Source: Octopus bimaculoides (taxonomy: Eukaryota). From it: a stretch of DNA of 38,167 nt. This document shows positions 12,066 through 23,570 of this stretch, one piece after another; within the stretch, counting starts at the first letter, position 1, and each line of letters begins with the position of its first letter. The notes beneath the pieces are model-generated. The model worked only from the letters and a program-made list of their open reading frames with translations, had not been told where the DNA came from and searched no databases. The translations under genes were made by a program, and so were the position numbers. Location of the stretch: assembly GCF_001194135.2 (NCBI RefSeq), contig NC_068983.1:145919975-145958141 (forward strand). The letters are read 5' to 3'.

Positions 12066-12094
12066 TATGTAAGTAAGAAACGGTTTATGTAACA

Positions 12095-12335
12095 ATGGAC
12101 AGAATGGTTAACACGTTGGATAGAATGTTTTGCAATATTCGTTCTGGCGAGTAAGCTTTGCGACATTTCATCCGCCTTTAAGTTCTGTGTTCAAATTCCA
12201 CCGCGGTCTACTTTGTCCGTCATCCCTTTTAGAGTCGATAAGATAGGTACCAGTTAAATAGTGGGTCGATGTAATCTACTAGCCCCATCACTGAAATTGC
12301 CGACTTTGTGCCAAAATTTGTAACCAATATTGTAA
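12095..12335 (+). mobile_element. Degenerate tRNA-derived SINE (family of 21671-21884)
   Basis: GTTCTGTGTTCAAATTCCACCGCGGTCTACTTTG...GTCGATAAGATAGGTACCAG...GGGTCGATGTAATC. Confidence 0.75.
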
Positions 12336-12586
12336 CCAATATTTATCTTTTCGGGCTCGATTAATATTGTATCATATCAGTGTTACTGCCGTCTTCTTCC
12401 TTTCAGCTGCCACACTATGAATGTTTCACCAGGTCACGTTCGACAGCGTCAAGAAGTGGTGTTTGCATCTACGCGCGGTGACATAGGCACCTAAAAGATT
12501 TAGCATTAGCCTGGTACATGCTGCCGAGTCTTCCTCGACGGGAATGACAACCGTTTACACACACACACACTTGCGCGCGTGCGCGC

Positions 12587-12626
<40 letters not shown>

Positions 12627-12831
12627 GCACGCACACACACACACACGAGTGTATGTGTGTGTGTGTGTGTGTGTGATGACGGCTAGTGAACCGAAACTTC
12701 GAAGTTACTGTCTGCCTTTTCCTCACTTCTCTCTAAGTATGTACACACACACTCAGACACACAGACACAGACACACACAAACACTTATATATATACATGA
12801 TATACATGTGCATACATCCATCGTACATGTA

Positions 12832-12863
<32 letters not shown>

Positions 12864-13131
12864 NNNNNNNNNNNNNNNNNNNNNNNNNNNNNNNNNNNNN
12901 NNNNNNNNNNNNNNNNNNNNNNNNNNNNNNNNNNNNNNNNNNNNNNNNNNNNNNNNNNNNNNNNNNNNNNNNNNNNNNNNNNNNNNNNNNNNNNNNNNNN
13001 NNNNNNNNNNNNNNNNNNNNNNNNNNNNNNNNNNNNNNNNNNNNNNNNNNNNNNNNNNNNNNNNNNNNNNNNNNNNNNNNNNNNNNNNNNNNNNNNNNNN
13101 NNNNNNNNNNNNNNNNNNNNNNNNNNNNNNN

Positions 13132-13203
<72 letters not shown>

Positions 13204-14167
13204 GTGCGTGTGTGTATGTGCAAAAGCCAAACTTATATTTACAAGAGCATGTATACATGCAAAAATATAGAGGCATAAAGATACTTACATTTATATGCCT
13301 ACCTTGTCTAACGTCTGCTAATATGAGGTATGCATTTACAAAACAAAATAAAAGAAGTATTATTTTATCATTATACGAATTGATAAATCATCAGAGATGT
13401 TTTTTCTTCTTGTTGGTTTTTTGTGTGTTTTGTTTTGTTTTTGGCGAAAAAAATTTGTGCCATTAGAATCTATATCATTTCCAAAGACCAAACGACCAAA
13501 GAATCGAGCAATGACGCTACTGTTTCCACTGAAGAATAAATGAGGCGAGAAAAGAAAATACCTCTTATCCACAAGCTAATTTAGCGTTGTCTGGATGGGT
13601 TATTACTTTTGAAGTGTTTAAACATCATTTCAGGCATGTTTTCTTTGTTGATACGTATATGGAAAATGAGCATTTCACATCAGTAATATACCAATAATAG
13701 TGGACTATCGCCTATAGTATCTACAGTGATAAGTTTGCTATCGTCAGATACATACTCTCATATTCCACGTTCATTGCTATATTGCAAGACCTCAAAAAAA
13801 AAAAAAATTCCTTTCTGTGGGTTATGGGTGTTTAAGATATTTCGAATTTGTTTAAAATCTATTTTTATAATTGACTTTTATCAGATGCACATATACGTGT
13901 GTGTGTATATATAAATGAATGTGTGTGCGTGTGGGATGTATGTATGTGTGTGTATGTATGTTTGTGTATGTATGTGTGTGTATGTATGTGTGTGCGTATG
14001 TATGTGTGTGTATGTATGTCAGTCTGTTCAAGGTCCGCCTGGCGGCTGATCGCTTTTGTCAATTTTTGATACAATAAACCCCTCAACCTAATATTGATGA
14101 TATATATCAGATTATGCTAGTCCCTATGGATAGCAAATAGTTGTATACGCTTTACAATCTATATATG

Positions 14168-14198
<31 letters not shown>

Positions 14199-14670
14199 NN
14201 NNNNNNNNNNNNNNNNNNNNNNNNNNNNNNNNNNNNNNNNNNNNNNNNNNNNNNNNNNNNNNNNNNNNNNNNNNNNNNNNNNNNNNNNNNNNNNNNNNNN
14301 NNNNNNNNNNNNNNNNNNNNNNNNNNNNNNNNNNNNNNNNNNNNNNNNNNNNNNNNNNNNNNNNNNNNNNNNNNNNNNNNNNNNNNNNNNNNNNNNNNNN
14401 NNNNNNNNNNNNNNNNNNNNNNNNNNNNNNNNNNNNNNNNNNNNNNNNNNNNNNNNNNNNNNNNNNNNNNNNNNNNNNNNNNNNNNNNNNNNNNNNNNNN
14501 NNNNNNNNNNNNNNNNNNNNNNNNNNNNNNNNNNNNNNNNNNNNNNNNNNNNNNNNNNNNNNNNNNNNNNNNNNNNNNNNNNNNNNNNNNNNNNNNNNNN
14601 NNNNNNNNNNNNNNNNNNNNNNNNNNNNNNNNNNNNNNNNNNNNNNTATATATATATATATATATATATA

Positions 14671-14815
14671 TTCTCTCTCTGTTTATTTCCTCGTGTTCTT
14701 TTCTGTTGAAGAGCGTATACAACTTTTTCACCTTGCCGAGCGTCAAACTAATACACCTGCTTGTCGTTTATACACCCGTCTTCGTCTTTTCTTTTTCTGT
14801 AAATTTCAACTCTAT
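14671..14815 (+). mobile_element. Penelope-like terminal repeat fragment (paralog of 100-255)
   Basis: Shares TTGAAGAGCGTA, GAGCGTCAAACTAATACACCTGCTTG and TTCGTCTTT...CTGTAAATTT with 100-255; lacks the CTCGAAACGT segment. Confidence 0.55.
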
Positions 14816-15602
14816 ATGTGTGCGTGTGTGTATGAGTTAGACGTTAAGCAACCATCTAGGAGATGATAAATATACAAAATCCTACTGGATGTATACCTAC
14901 GTATTTATATCCAAGTGTTTACTATTGCAGGGCAGTATCGCAATTGAATATTAGGTATGAGTGGAGGTAAAACAGAGATTTACTCAGGATTTTTTAAGGC
15001 AAATAAGAAAATGGAGAGGATGATCAATTGACAATCACCAGCCTGTAAACATTCATTTATATCTATTTTTTAATTGATTACAATCATATGTATAAGTAAT
15101 CAAAATAGACAAATGAAATAAGCAAATAAACAAGTAATTAAATAGATAAATAAAAATTAATAAATGAATAAGAATAAATAGGTGAAAAAAATACTAAGCT
15201 CTAAGTTTCTACTATGGGGTTGCTCAATCTGCCAAGTTTTCCACATTATGCCAGTAATATACAGGGATTTTACAAAAGGTTGAACAAACATTGGACAGGG
15301 GTTGGACAATGACTGAGCGCCAAAGCTTCATCAGAGAGACTATAGTGTTAGGAATCTAACATGTGAGGAAGTAAGGTAAAATAATAAAATAAAATAAGAT
15401 AATAACCTAATTGAAAAAGTAAAGAATGGTAAAAGTGTTAATTCCAAGGTGATGTCCATAATCCATGGGATTACATCTTATGGTAAAGAAAATCACTTCC
15501 AGGAGTAATATCCACAGGTTATGAGAGTTACATCCTATTTCAATTTTACTGCAAAATGTTTGTTGATTCATTATCCTCTCCATTTTCTTATTTGCTTTAT
15601 AT

Positions 15603-15826
15603 ATGCCGAGTAAGTGCTATGGATAGACCATAGTTAAGCTCCAGGTTCGGTGATTATGCGAATAAGCAGTCCAACGAAGGTCATATATCACCATGTGTAT
15701 ATATATAATTTTTTTTCAGAATGAGATAAAAGACAAAGGCTGTGAAGATTTTAGAACATTTATAAATGTTCTAAAATCTTCACATCTTTGGGTTTTTTTA
15801 TCTCATTCTGAAACAAAATTATATAT
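15603..15826. mobile_element. Interspersed repeat ending in a long palindrome, copy 2
   Basis: Homologous to 10607-10833. Palindrome 15701-15826 is centred at 15762/15763 with a perfect 22+22 bp core. Confidence 0.7.
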
Positions 15827-15841
15827 ATATATGCATACATA

Positions 15842-17119
15842 CGAGGGGGTGTATGAAAAGTCTTGAGCCTCAAAGAAACAAAATATGGTACAAGACTTCT
15901 GAAGATCTATTTTTCAACATAATTCCCCCTCGTTGGCTGAACACTTTCTCCAGCGGTGCTGAAGTGCCATTATACCGGCGTAGAAGAACTCTTTTGCTTG
16001 AGACTCCAATAAACCTCCTACGTCATTGTCACTGGCAAAATGGCGACCAGACAGGGCTTTTTTCATTTTGGGGAATAGATGAAAGTGAGAGGGGGCTAAG
16101 TCTGGCGAATAAGGCGGATGGGGAACAAGTTCGTATCCACAATCGCGAATTGTTGTCATGGAAACCACTGAGGTGTGGGCTGGAGCACTGTCGTGATGAA
16201 AAAGGACTCCTCTCCTCTTGTGAGCAATCCCGGCCATTTTTCGTTGATTGCTTCTCAGAGGCGTTTCAGTAGCTGAGAATAATACAGCTCTGTTACGGTG
16301 TGACCATTTTCAAGGTAATCGATCAGCAAGACACCTTGAGAATCCAAATAAAAACGGACGCCATGACCTTGCCAGATGACGCAATGACCCTGGCCTTCTT
16401 TGGGGTAGGAGAAGATGTGCTTCCACTGCTTTGATTGTTCTTTGGTTTCAAGCTGGTAGTGATGAACCCAACTTTCATCCATAGTAATGAAACGAGCCAG
16501 AAAATTCTCTTAATTGGCTTCAAACAGTTCCAGATTGCTCGTGGACAAAGTGCACCTGGTGCGCTTCTGTTCAGGAGTCAAAAGGCGAGGGACCCGCCCT
16601 GCAGAAACCTTTGGGAACCCAAGTTCTTTTGTCACAATGTTGTTTGCTCTTTCAGTTGAGATGCCCAGTCTATCGGCTATCTGACGACATGATATTCGGC
16701 GATCTTCCATCATCGTACCAAGGTTGTCTTTGGTGGTTGTAGTTGGAGGTCTCCCTGGTCTAGGATCATCTTCCACACTCTCCCTGCCACACTTGAATTC
16801 ATTTACTCAGCGTTTGGCTGTTGCATATGAAGGAGAATTGTCTGTTAAGTTCCTCACCATATCTTCACGGATTTCTGAGATGGAGTCATGCCTTTCAAAT
16901 GAAGGTACTTTATGACAGCACGATACTCAGTTTTCTCCATTTTCCCTGTAATCTCGACACTTGTTTATTCAAAAATCTGCAACAAAAAAATAAGAATATC
17001 AGAATCATGAAAATGAGAAAGAATACTCCGAAAAGACTGTACTTACCAGAAAAAATTGTTTCAGCTATCTAGCAGCCCCATTTCTAGGTTAGGCTGAAAC
17101 ATTTTCATACACCCCCTCG
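15842..17119 (-). mobile_element. Full-length (1278 bp) degenerate mariner transposon, irritans-like by N-terminal resemblance
   Basis: 29 bp TIRs at 15842-15870 and 17091-17119 match at 25/29 (first 18 perfect). TA duplication at 15840-41 and 17120-21. Confidence 0.95.
15914..16940 (-). pseudogene. Mariner DD34D transposase pseudogene
   Basis: MEKTEYRAVIKYLHLKG; EDDPRPGRP; RVPRLL (WVPxxL motif); MDESWVHHY; HHDSAPAH; HPPYSPDLAPSH. Multiple frameshifts and stops. Confidence 0.93.
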
Positions 17120-17159
17120 TATATATATACATATATTATCTCTCTTATCTCTCTCTTAA

Positions 17160-17590
17160 TCCTTTTAGCCCCTTGTGGGGCATAGGGCTTCAACAGTTAT
17201 TTTCCATTTTTTGCGGTCATTGGCGTGTTTCTTGGCTGCTTCCCATGTCAGGCCGGTGGTCCTGAACTCGTCCCAAACGCTCCGCTTCCATGTTTGCTTC
17301 GGGCGTCCTCGCTTCCTTTTCCTTTTCAGGTTCCAGTCAAGTGCTTGTCGTGTTACAGTTGTGGGTTCTTTCCGCAGTGTGTGTCCGATCCATCTCCATT
17401 CAATTCATCTAATCTGAACATGTATGGGGTCCTGGTTGGCCCTTTCCCACAGGTCGGTGTTTGGCACTCTGCCGAACCACTTCAGATGGAGGATCTGCCG
17501 GAGACATTTGTTGATGAAGGTCTAGATTTTCTTGTAGTTGCTGCAGGTGGCTCTCCATGTTTCAGAGCCATACACAAAATGTAGATGAAA
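17160..17590 (-). mobile_element. RTE-clade LINE, 3' end of the RT ORF
   Basis: YGSETWR...TFINKCLRQIL...GKRKRGRPKQTWKRSV...EALCPTRG-stop (stop at 17165-17167), with frameshifts. Confidence 0.88.
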
Positions 17591-17739
17591 AGTCGCACAC
17601 ACCTGCTCCGGCTCGTTCACCGAGCGCCCATTTGGGTCCACCAAAGACCGAATGGTGTTTCTGTTGCCATTTTGTGCTTCAGCAGAGGAATTCTTTGGGG
17701 TTTGAAAAATTCACCTTTGGAAACATGGGTGTTTTGCTC

Positions 17740-17969
17740 AACACCCTTTTGAGAGGGATGGGCTACTTGACCTGAAGAAAATTCTAACTGGGCCCCACCT
17801 GCGAGGTCATGCGCTGTTTATCTTGATATGAGATCACCATGTCGCGCACATATGGTTGGGATGAATGTGCCTGGTGTACCCTTATCAGACGGGTAATCAT
17901 GATGGGTATACTGGGCTTCGTGTATTTTATCCCAGTGTTACTTTGATGGCATGCACTGCTCTTTCACTC
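17740..17969 (+). mobile_element. Probable 3' UTR of an R4/Dong-type non-LTR element
   Basis: Non-coding, repeat-like segment ending CACTC directly before (AAT)n. Family assignment is inferred from recall and context. Confidence 0.5.

Positions 17970-18017
<48 letters not shown>
17970..18017. repeat. (AAT)n microsatellite
   Basis: Read directly from the sequence. Confidence 0.97.
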
Positions 18018-18018
<1 letters not shown>

Positions 18019-18420
18019 TGGAGCTCACCATCCGAAAGCTGATATCAACCGGCTGTACTTGAAGAGATACCAGGGTGGAAGAGGCTTAATAACAGTAGAA
18101 GAGTGTGTACAGATGGAAAGAAAATGCCGAGTAGAGTATTTACGGAGCAGTACAGAAAATTGTTAAAGACGGTAAATAAAGAACATGTGCTCAAGCGCAT
18201 AATAGGAGAAAAGGACAAGAATGAAATACAAAGAGAGCACGTCAGACAGATTGAAGAGGACCCCCTGCATGGCTAATTTTGGAGAGCCACTGAAAACGTA
18301 TGTGGAACAAAATCCTGGGCTTAGATAAAAAAAAGTAATAAAAAAAACAGATAGCCTAATTGTAGCAGCTCTAGATCAAGCGATAAAAACAAACTACTAA
18401 AGAAAAAATATATATGGAGA
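18017..18420 (+). mobile_element. R4/Dong-type (RLE) LINE RT C-terminal fragment
   Basis: YGAHHPKADINRLYLKRYQGGRGLITVEEC...PLHG*FW...SLIVAALDQAIKTNY; degenerate. Confidence 0.85.
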
Positions 18421-18452
18421 ATGTGCGACTATATAAATATATATATATATTA

Positions 18453-18841
18453 TCTTCTACTTGTTTCTGTTATTAGACTGCGACCAAGCTGGGGCACTGC
18501 ATTGAAGAATTTTTCGTCGAATAAATCGACTTCAGTTCTTTATTTTTTTTTTTATTTTCTTAGTCCTATCGATATATGTTGCCGAACCGCTAATTTACGC
18601 GGATGTACACACACCAAGACTGATTGTCAAATGGTACTGGGTGACAAACACAGATACAAAGAAACACACATATATACGTATACGATGGGCTTCTTTCAGT
18701 TTCCGTTTACCACATCCACTCACTTTGGTCTGCCCGAGACTATAGTAGAAGACACTTGCCCAAGATGCAACGCAGTCGGACTGAAGTCGGAATCATATGG
18801 TTGGGAAGCAAGCTTCTTACTATACAGCCACTGATGCGCCT
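18453..18841 (-). mobile_element. Composite tRNA-derived SINE (family of 3844-4396)
   Basis: Reverse-complement match to head, core and 3' body. Confidence 0.85.
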
Positions 18842-18855
18842 ATATAAAGCATATG

Positions 18856-18927
18856 AGGTTTCACCAAGACTTGAACTCGGATCGCTGGATTCAGAGTCCA
18901 GAGTGCTAACCATTACATCATGCGACA
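18856..18927 (-). pseudogene. tRNA-Gln(CTG) pseudogene
   Basis: Minus strand TGTCGCATGATGTAATGGTTAGCACTCTGGACTCTGAATCCAGCGATCCGAGTTCAAGTCTTGGTGAAACCT. D, anticodon and T arms match metazoan tRNA-Gln; the acceptor stem pairs only 4/7. Confidence 0.88.
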
Positions 18928-18929
<2 letters not shown>

Positions 18930-18973
<44 letters not shown>

Positions 18974-18995
18974 GAAGAGGATGAAGATAGAGTGA

Positions 18996-19078
<83 letters not shown>

Positions 19079-19095
19079 TGTGTGTGTGTGTGTGT
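18930..19095. repeat. (CA)n and (GT)n microsatellites in opposite orientation around a short spacer
   Basis: Read directly from the sequence. Confidence 0.95.
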
Positions 19096-19289
19096 TGCAA
19101 AAGTCTTTCACGATAAGAAATGTTTGAAAATTGTCCGCTGACGTTTCAGTGGTTTGTTTGCCGTGATGAATGCTTCAATGAACGTACGTCTATACTTAAT
19201 TCTCAAATGGCTCTGTCACTTAACAGTAAATAGGTATCGCAACCGTTACTATGTTGCTGTAGCTGTCGCCGTCGTCGCCGTCATCGTCG

Positions 19290-19410
19290 TTGTTGTTAAT
19301 GTTGTTTTCCTTAGTTAGTCCCAGGTCAGCACTGATCAGAAAGACCTTTGCTCAAAGGCACTCCATCCGTTACAATCTCGTCCATTTTTGTATATCCAAG
19401 ACTACCTTAT
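19290..19410 (-). mobile_element. SINE-like 3' fragment with an (AAC)n-type tail
   Basis: GTCCCAGGTCAGCACTGATCAG...CAAAGGCACTCCA preceded by GTT repeats; related to the 3' part of 24880-25110 in the opposite orientation. Confidence 0.5.
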
Positions 19411-20509
19411 TTAATGATTGTTGTTATTGAAGAATACACCTGAGCTTCAGATGAAATAACGTGGTTAGCTATATCTGAGTGACTACAACACTTTCATAAT
19501 CTTGACGTTGTCATGTTCCCGTGAATGTTTTATTATTTTCCTCTTGTGTCTGTATTAAATTTTTCGATTATTTCTTAAATCATGCAAACAGCAAGGTATT
19601 GGGAATCTGAGACTGTTGTATAGGGGATTAGGAAAATAAACTTGAAATATTAAAACAACTGTTCGCACAATTCGTAGAAATCTGATGACAGGAGTCGCAA
19701 CGAGAACGTCTGTACTGTGTCTCCCATTTCTACGATGGCTACTTGAGTCCATCCACTATTTGACATTTTGATTTGAGTCCATCCATCATTTGATACGTTG
19801 TAGAGGTATCTATATTCCCAGTTTTGATCATGTAAATACTCGACAACTAAATAGCTTAACAGCAGACTAGAATACGTTACCATTGTTTTAAAAGATTGTT
19901 GGAGAAGAACTAATGCAATGAACAACGAGATTTTGAATGTAATTTGAAATTCTGAATTGATTTCAGGCGTTTGCTGAGAACGGTTGGATAAGCAATAAAC
20001 TAGCAACAACACCTACTTGAGGGATTGTTTAAGTTCATTTCAGTACCTTTTCAATGTTTTTCAATACACCTTTCAAATCACCGTGTACGACTGATTAGAA
20101 AAAGATTATCGGTGATCAGAACCCAAAATAGACACAGAGCTTCAGAAAGTCAGAAATTATTGCCAATAGTCTTACCAGAATAATGTGCATTCATCTTGAA
20201 ATCACTCGAACAATAAGTTATACGAACGAAGTAGAAGATAGTTTGCAAGATTCATCCAAAAATTCAGCATATGATGGTAAAGTGACTCTGAATTGTTTCA
20301 AAATTTGCTTTTTTTTTATAAAGCTAAACAAATATGCAGTCTAAAATGAAATTTTACTGTTACATATCTACGAAAACATTTTTCTTTCCATAGCACTGTA
20401 CTAATTTATACAATTACTCAAATTCATAATTTTTCTAATGAGTAACCTTTTCCAAGACTTTACGGTGATTTCTTTTTAGGTACTGTCTTCTGTCGTTCAC
20501 ATATACATT

Positions 20510-20870
20510 CGCGACTGTGTGATAAGAAGCTTGCTTTCCAACCACATGGTTTTGGGTTCATTCTCACTGCGTGGCACCTTGTGCAAGTGTCTTCTACTAT
20601 AGCCTCGGGTCATATATGTGTGTATATGTGTGTGCATGTGTGTGTGTGTGCGTGAGCGCGCGTGTGTATGTGTCTATATTTATTCCCCTACCATCGCTTG
20701 ACAACCGGTGCTGGTGTATTTACGTCCCCCTAAGTTACCTGTTCGGCAAAAGAGACTGATAGAATAAGTACCTGGCCTTTAAAAAATAAGTCTGTGGTCG
20801 ATTCATTCTCCAAGACGATGCCCCAGCATGACCGCAGTCTAAAGACTAAAACAAGTAAAAAATAAAAGAT
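20510..20870 (+). mobile_element. Composite tRNA-derived SINE with deleted core
   Basis: Head to CTATAGCCTCGGG, then microsatellite, then 3' body ending AAACAAGTAAAAAATAAAAG. Confidence 0.85.
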
Positions 20871-21670
20871 GCATACATATATGCGTGAGTGTGAGAGAGA
20901 AAAAGAGAGAGAGAGCGAGGGAGAGAGGGGGAGAAAGAGAGAGCGCGAGTGTGTATAAGAGAAAGAGAAGAGAAAGATTAGATGTACATTCTACTGATGT
21001 CATATGATGCCTTGGTTTCTGCCTTGGATTTGCATCGATTGAGTTAATCGATTTCTGATTGAAATAGTTTCTTGTATTGAAACGGCAATCAAATTATTTA
21101 CAAAGAACTTTGAAATTTGTCAAAACATTTTTAGGGCTTTTTTTTTCCATGCGCTTATAATGTCTGACTCCAAACTCACAAAATATTTCAAGTATATTCT
21201 TATTCGTGATACAAGGAAACTTGAATAGTAACCTGTTATTGATATCAGACCTCGAATGAACAATTATATTTGCCAGATAAAGTTCACACATGTATTAACG
21301 TAGAACATACAGAAATAGAAATATGTGCACAACTGAACAAAGAAATTTAGTCAACACAAAATAGATTTTATGCGATCAAGAAGTGCGAATGTTAATATGA
21401 AAAACTAGTAGCCGCTTACAAATCGTATCCAGAAAGAATTAGGAAAAGTTTAGTTAAAAACTCTTGGCAAAAATTAGAATGTAGAGTTAAATAAGAAATG
21501 ACTCATTGTAAAGAGAGATGCGAGCTAGGAAAAAAATCTTTGTGGAGAAACCATTCAAAAACTAGGTTGTGTGACAAGTAAGTGCGAAATTTGTGTGTTT
21601 GGAAGTGCGTGAAAAAGAGAATGTGTGTGATGTGCCCTATCATCACGCGGCCCGGCAACATTGCGACAAA

Positions 21671-21884
21671 CTTTTCTACTTTAGGCACAAGGCCCGAAAT
21701 TTTGGAGGAGGGGGGCAGTCGATTAGATCGACCCCAGTACGCAACTGGTACTTAATTTATCGACCCCGAAAGGATGAAAAGCAAAGTTGACCTCGACAGA
21801 ATTTTAACTTAGAACGTAAAGACAGACGAAATACCGCTAAGCATTTCGTCCGGCGTGCTAACCTTTCTGCCAGCTTACCGCCTT
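21671..21884 (-). mobile_element. Second tRNA-derived octopus-type SINE family, well-preserved copy
   Basis: Minus strand GGCGGTAAGCTGGCAGAAAGGTTAG (A-box-like)...GTTCTAAGTTAAAATTC (B-box-like)...CATCCTTTCGGGGTCGATAAA...TACTGGGGTCGATC. Confidence 0.88.
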
Positions 21885-22439
21885 AATATTGTGACAAGCT
21901 GTTACGAAAATATAACTGGCTTAAAATAAAATAACATTTCTACTTCTGAAACGTGCCAAAATCACGAATACAATTAATTGTCTACTTGCGATTGGTAAAA
22001 ATAATAATAAAACGAAGTCATGCGACATACGGAGACAAAAAGTCAATTTTGAGTCAATTTTCGATACGAAATAAAAATGGTGCATTTTATTAGTCAAAAA
22101 TAGTCAAATGATGCACAACTAAATGGCTTATTTAGGTCAATGCTTCTTGTTGATCTTGGATTGTTAAATATATTGCTATATACTAGCTGGACCCGTGAAA
22201 AATTGACGGAAAACAAAAAATGTAAGCATCTGTAAACAGTGTACTGCTGCCATGAGAAACGTCTGTATATTATGTTCAGTATCAATAATTTTAACAAATA
22301 TATTTGGAAATAATTATGTTCTCATTTTGACGTCATAATAGCAGCGTCATAAAATCTGCTCCTTTGCAGAAGCGCCTTCACGCACGCTTACAAGGATTTG
22401 TTAAGTAGAAACAAGTCCACATTTTTGAGAATTCTTAAC

Positions 22440-22530
22440 GGTTTAATCGACGTCATTTGTTGACTGGTTTTATTTTATCGACCCACAAGAGAGAAAGGTA
22501 AAGTTAGATTTCAACTTGGGCTGTAAACAT
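22440..22530 (-). mobile_element. Short degenerate SINE fragment (family of 21671-21884)
   Basis: TAATCGAC...CTGGTTTTATTTTATCGACCC...AAAGGTAAAGTT. Confidence 0.55.
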
Positions 22531-23413
22531 TTGTAATTAACATGGAAGAAATTTTAGAATGAATGTATTCGTGTAATCTTTTTTTTTTTCTGTAAAGATC
22601 ATAAAGTTAAATAGCGAATGAGAGAGAGAGAGAGGATGGAAAAGAGTACGTAGAATGAAGTCATTTGTTTTATACATATATTTTTTTTTCGTTTTTAAAT
22701 ATCAATATGTATATGTATAACTCTCTATGGTTTTTTCTACTAGTCCACCAGTTACGTTATATTCTATTATATACACGTGGTCCTGTTTATTATACTTTCT
22801 CTCGTCTTATTGCCATTGTTTTAAACATGACCGTTAGCTTTTTATACTTATTTTTATGTTATAGTTTACCGCACATATAGACGTGCATACACATTGATAT
22901 CTCTGTCTTCCAACCACTTCGTCTGTCTTGCTATTATTATTACTGTCATTTTTCCCCTTTTAAAACATGCTTGCAAATATCCGATTTTTTCCCTACTACC
23001 CCACTTGTATTCTCCCTTATTGTATCTTATTTTACTTTATTTTATTAAACCTTTTTTGATGTCCTTACAAAAATTCTTCATACTGATAAAAATGATAATG
23101 CATAAATTTAATTACAATTACTATGGTTATAATTTTTTTCTTACATATTTGTATTGTCCTTTGAAACGCGCGTATGTATTGAATCCTATTTTGTATTAAA
23201 TCTAATTTTGTTTCAACATCTTTTTCTCCTCCATTTTTCTATAATTGTTTATGGTATTTTTATACCTATAACGATATTTTTCAACTACTATTTTCATATT
23301 CTTATTACTTGCTCTAGCTGTTTTATTAATATGATGCATCTTTATTAGAAATCATTCTTTCTCTTATTTTGGACCTCTCGAAAAGTTTGAATTGTTCTCT
23401 TTTGAACTTTTTT

Positions 23414-23416
<3 letters not shown>

Positions 23417-23482
<66 letters not shown>

Positions 23483-23570
23483 TGTGCGTGTGTGTGTATG
23501 TATGCATGTATATATGTATATGTATGTATGTATATATACTTATGTGTGTGTGTTTGTGTGCGTATGTGTG
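23417..23570. repeat. (TA)n/(GT)n/(TATG)n compound microsatellite
   Basis: Read directly from the sequence. Confidence 0.95.

Noticed and set aside
15320-15345. Minus-strand CTGATGAAGCTTTGGCGCTCAG as a hammerhead
   Set aside because: No GAAA box follows.
15853-16272. Plus-strand 139 aa ORF (likewise 17225-17584, 31112-31450 and 37792-38106)
   Set aside because: Antisense shadows of mariner, RTE, CR1-like and Tx1-like coding sequence.
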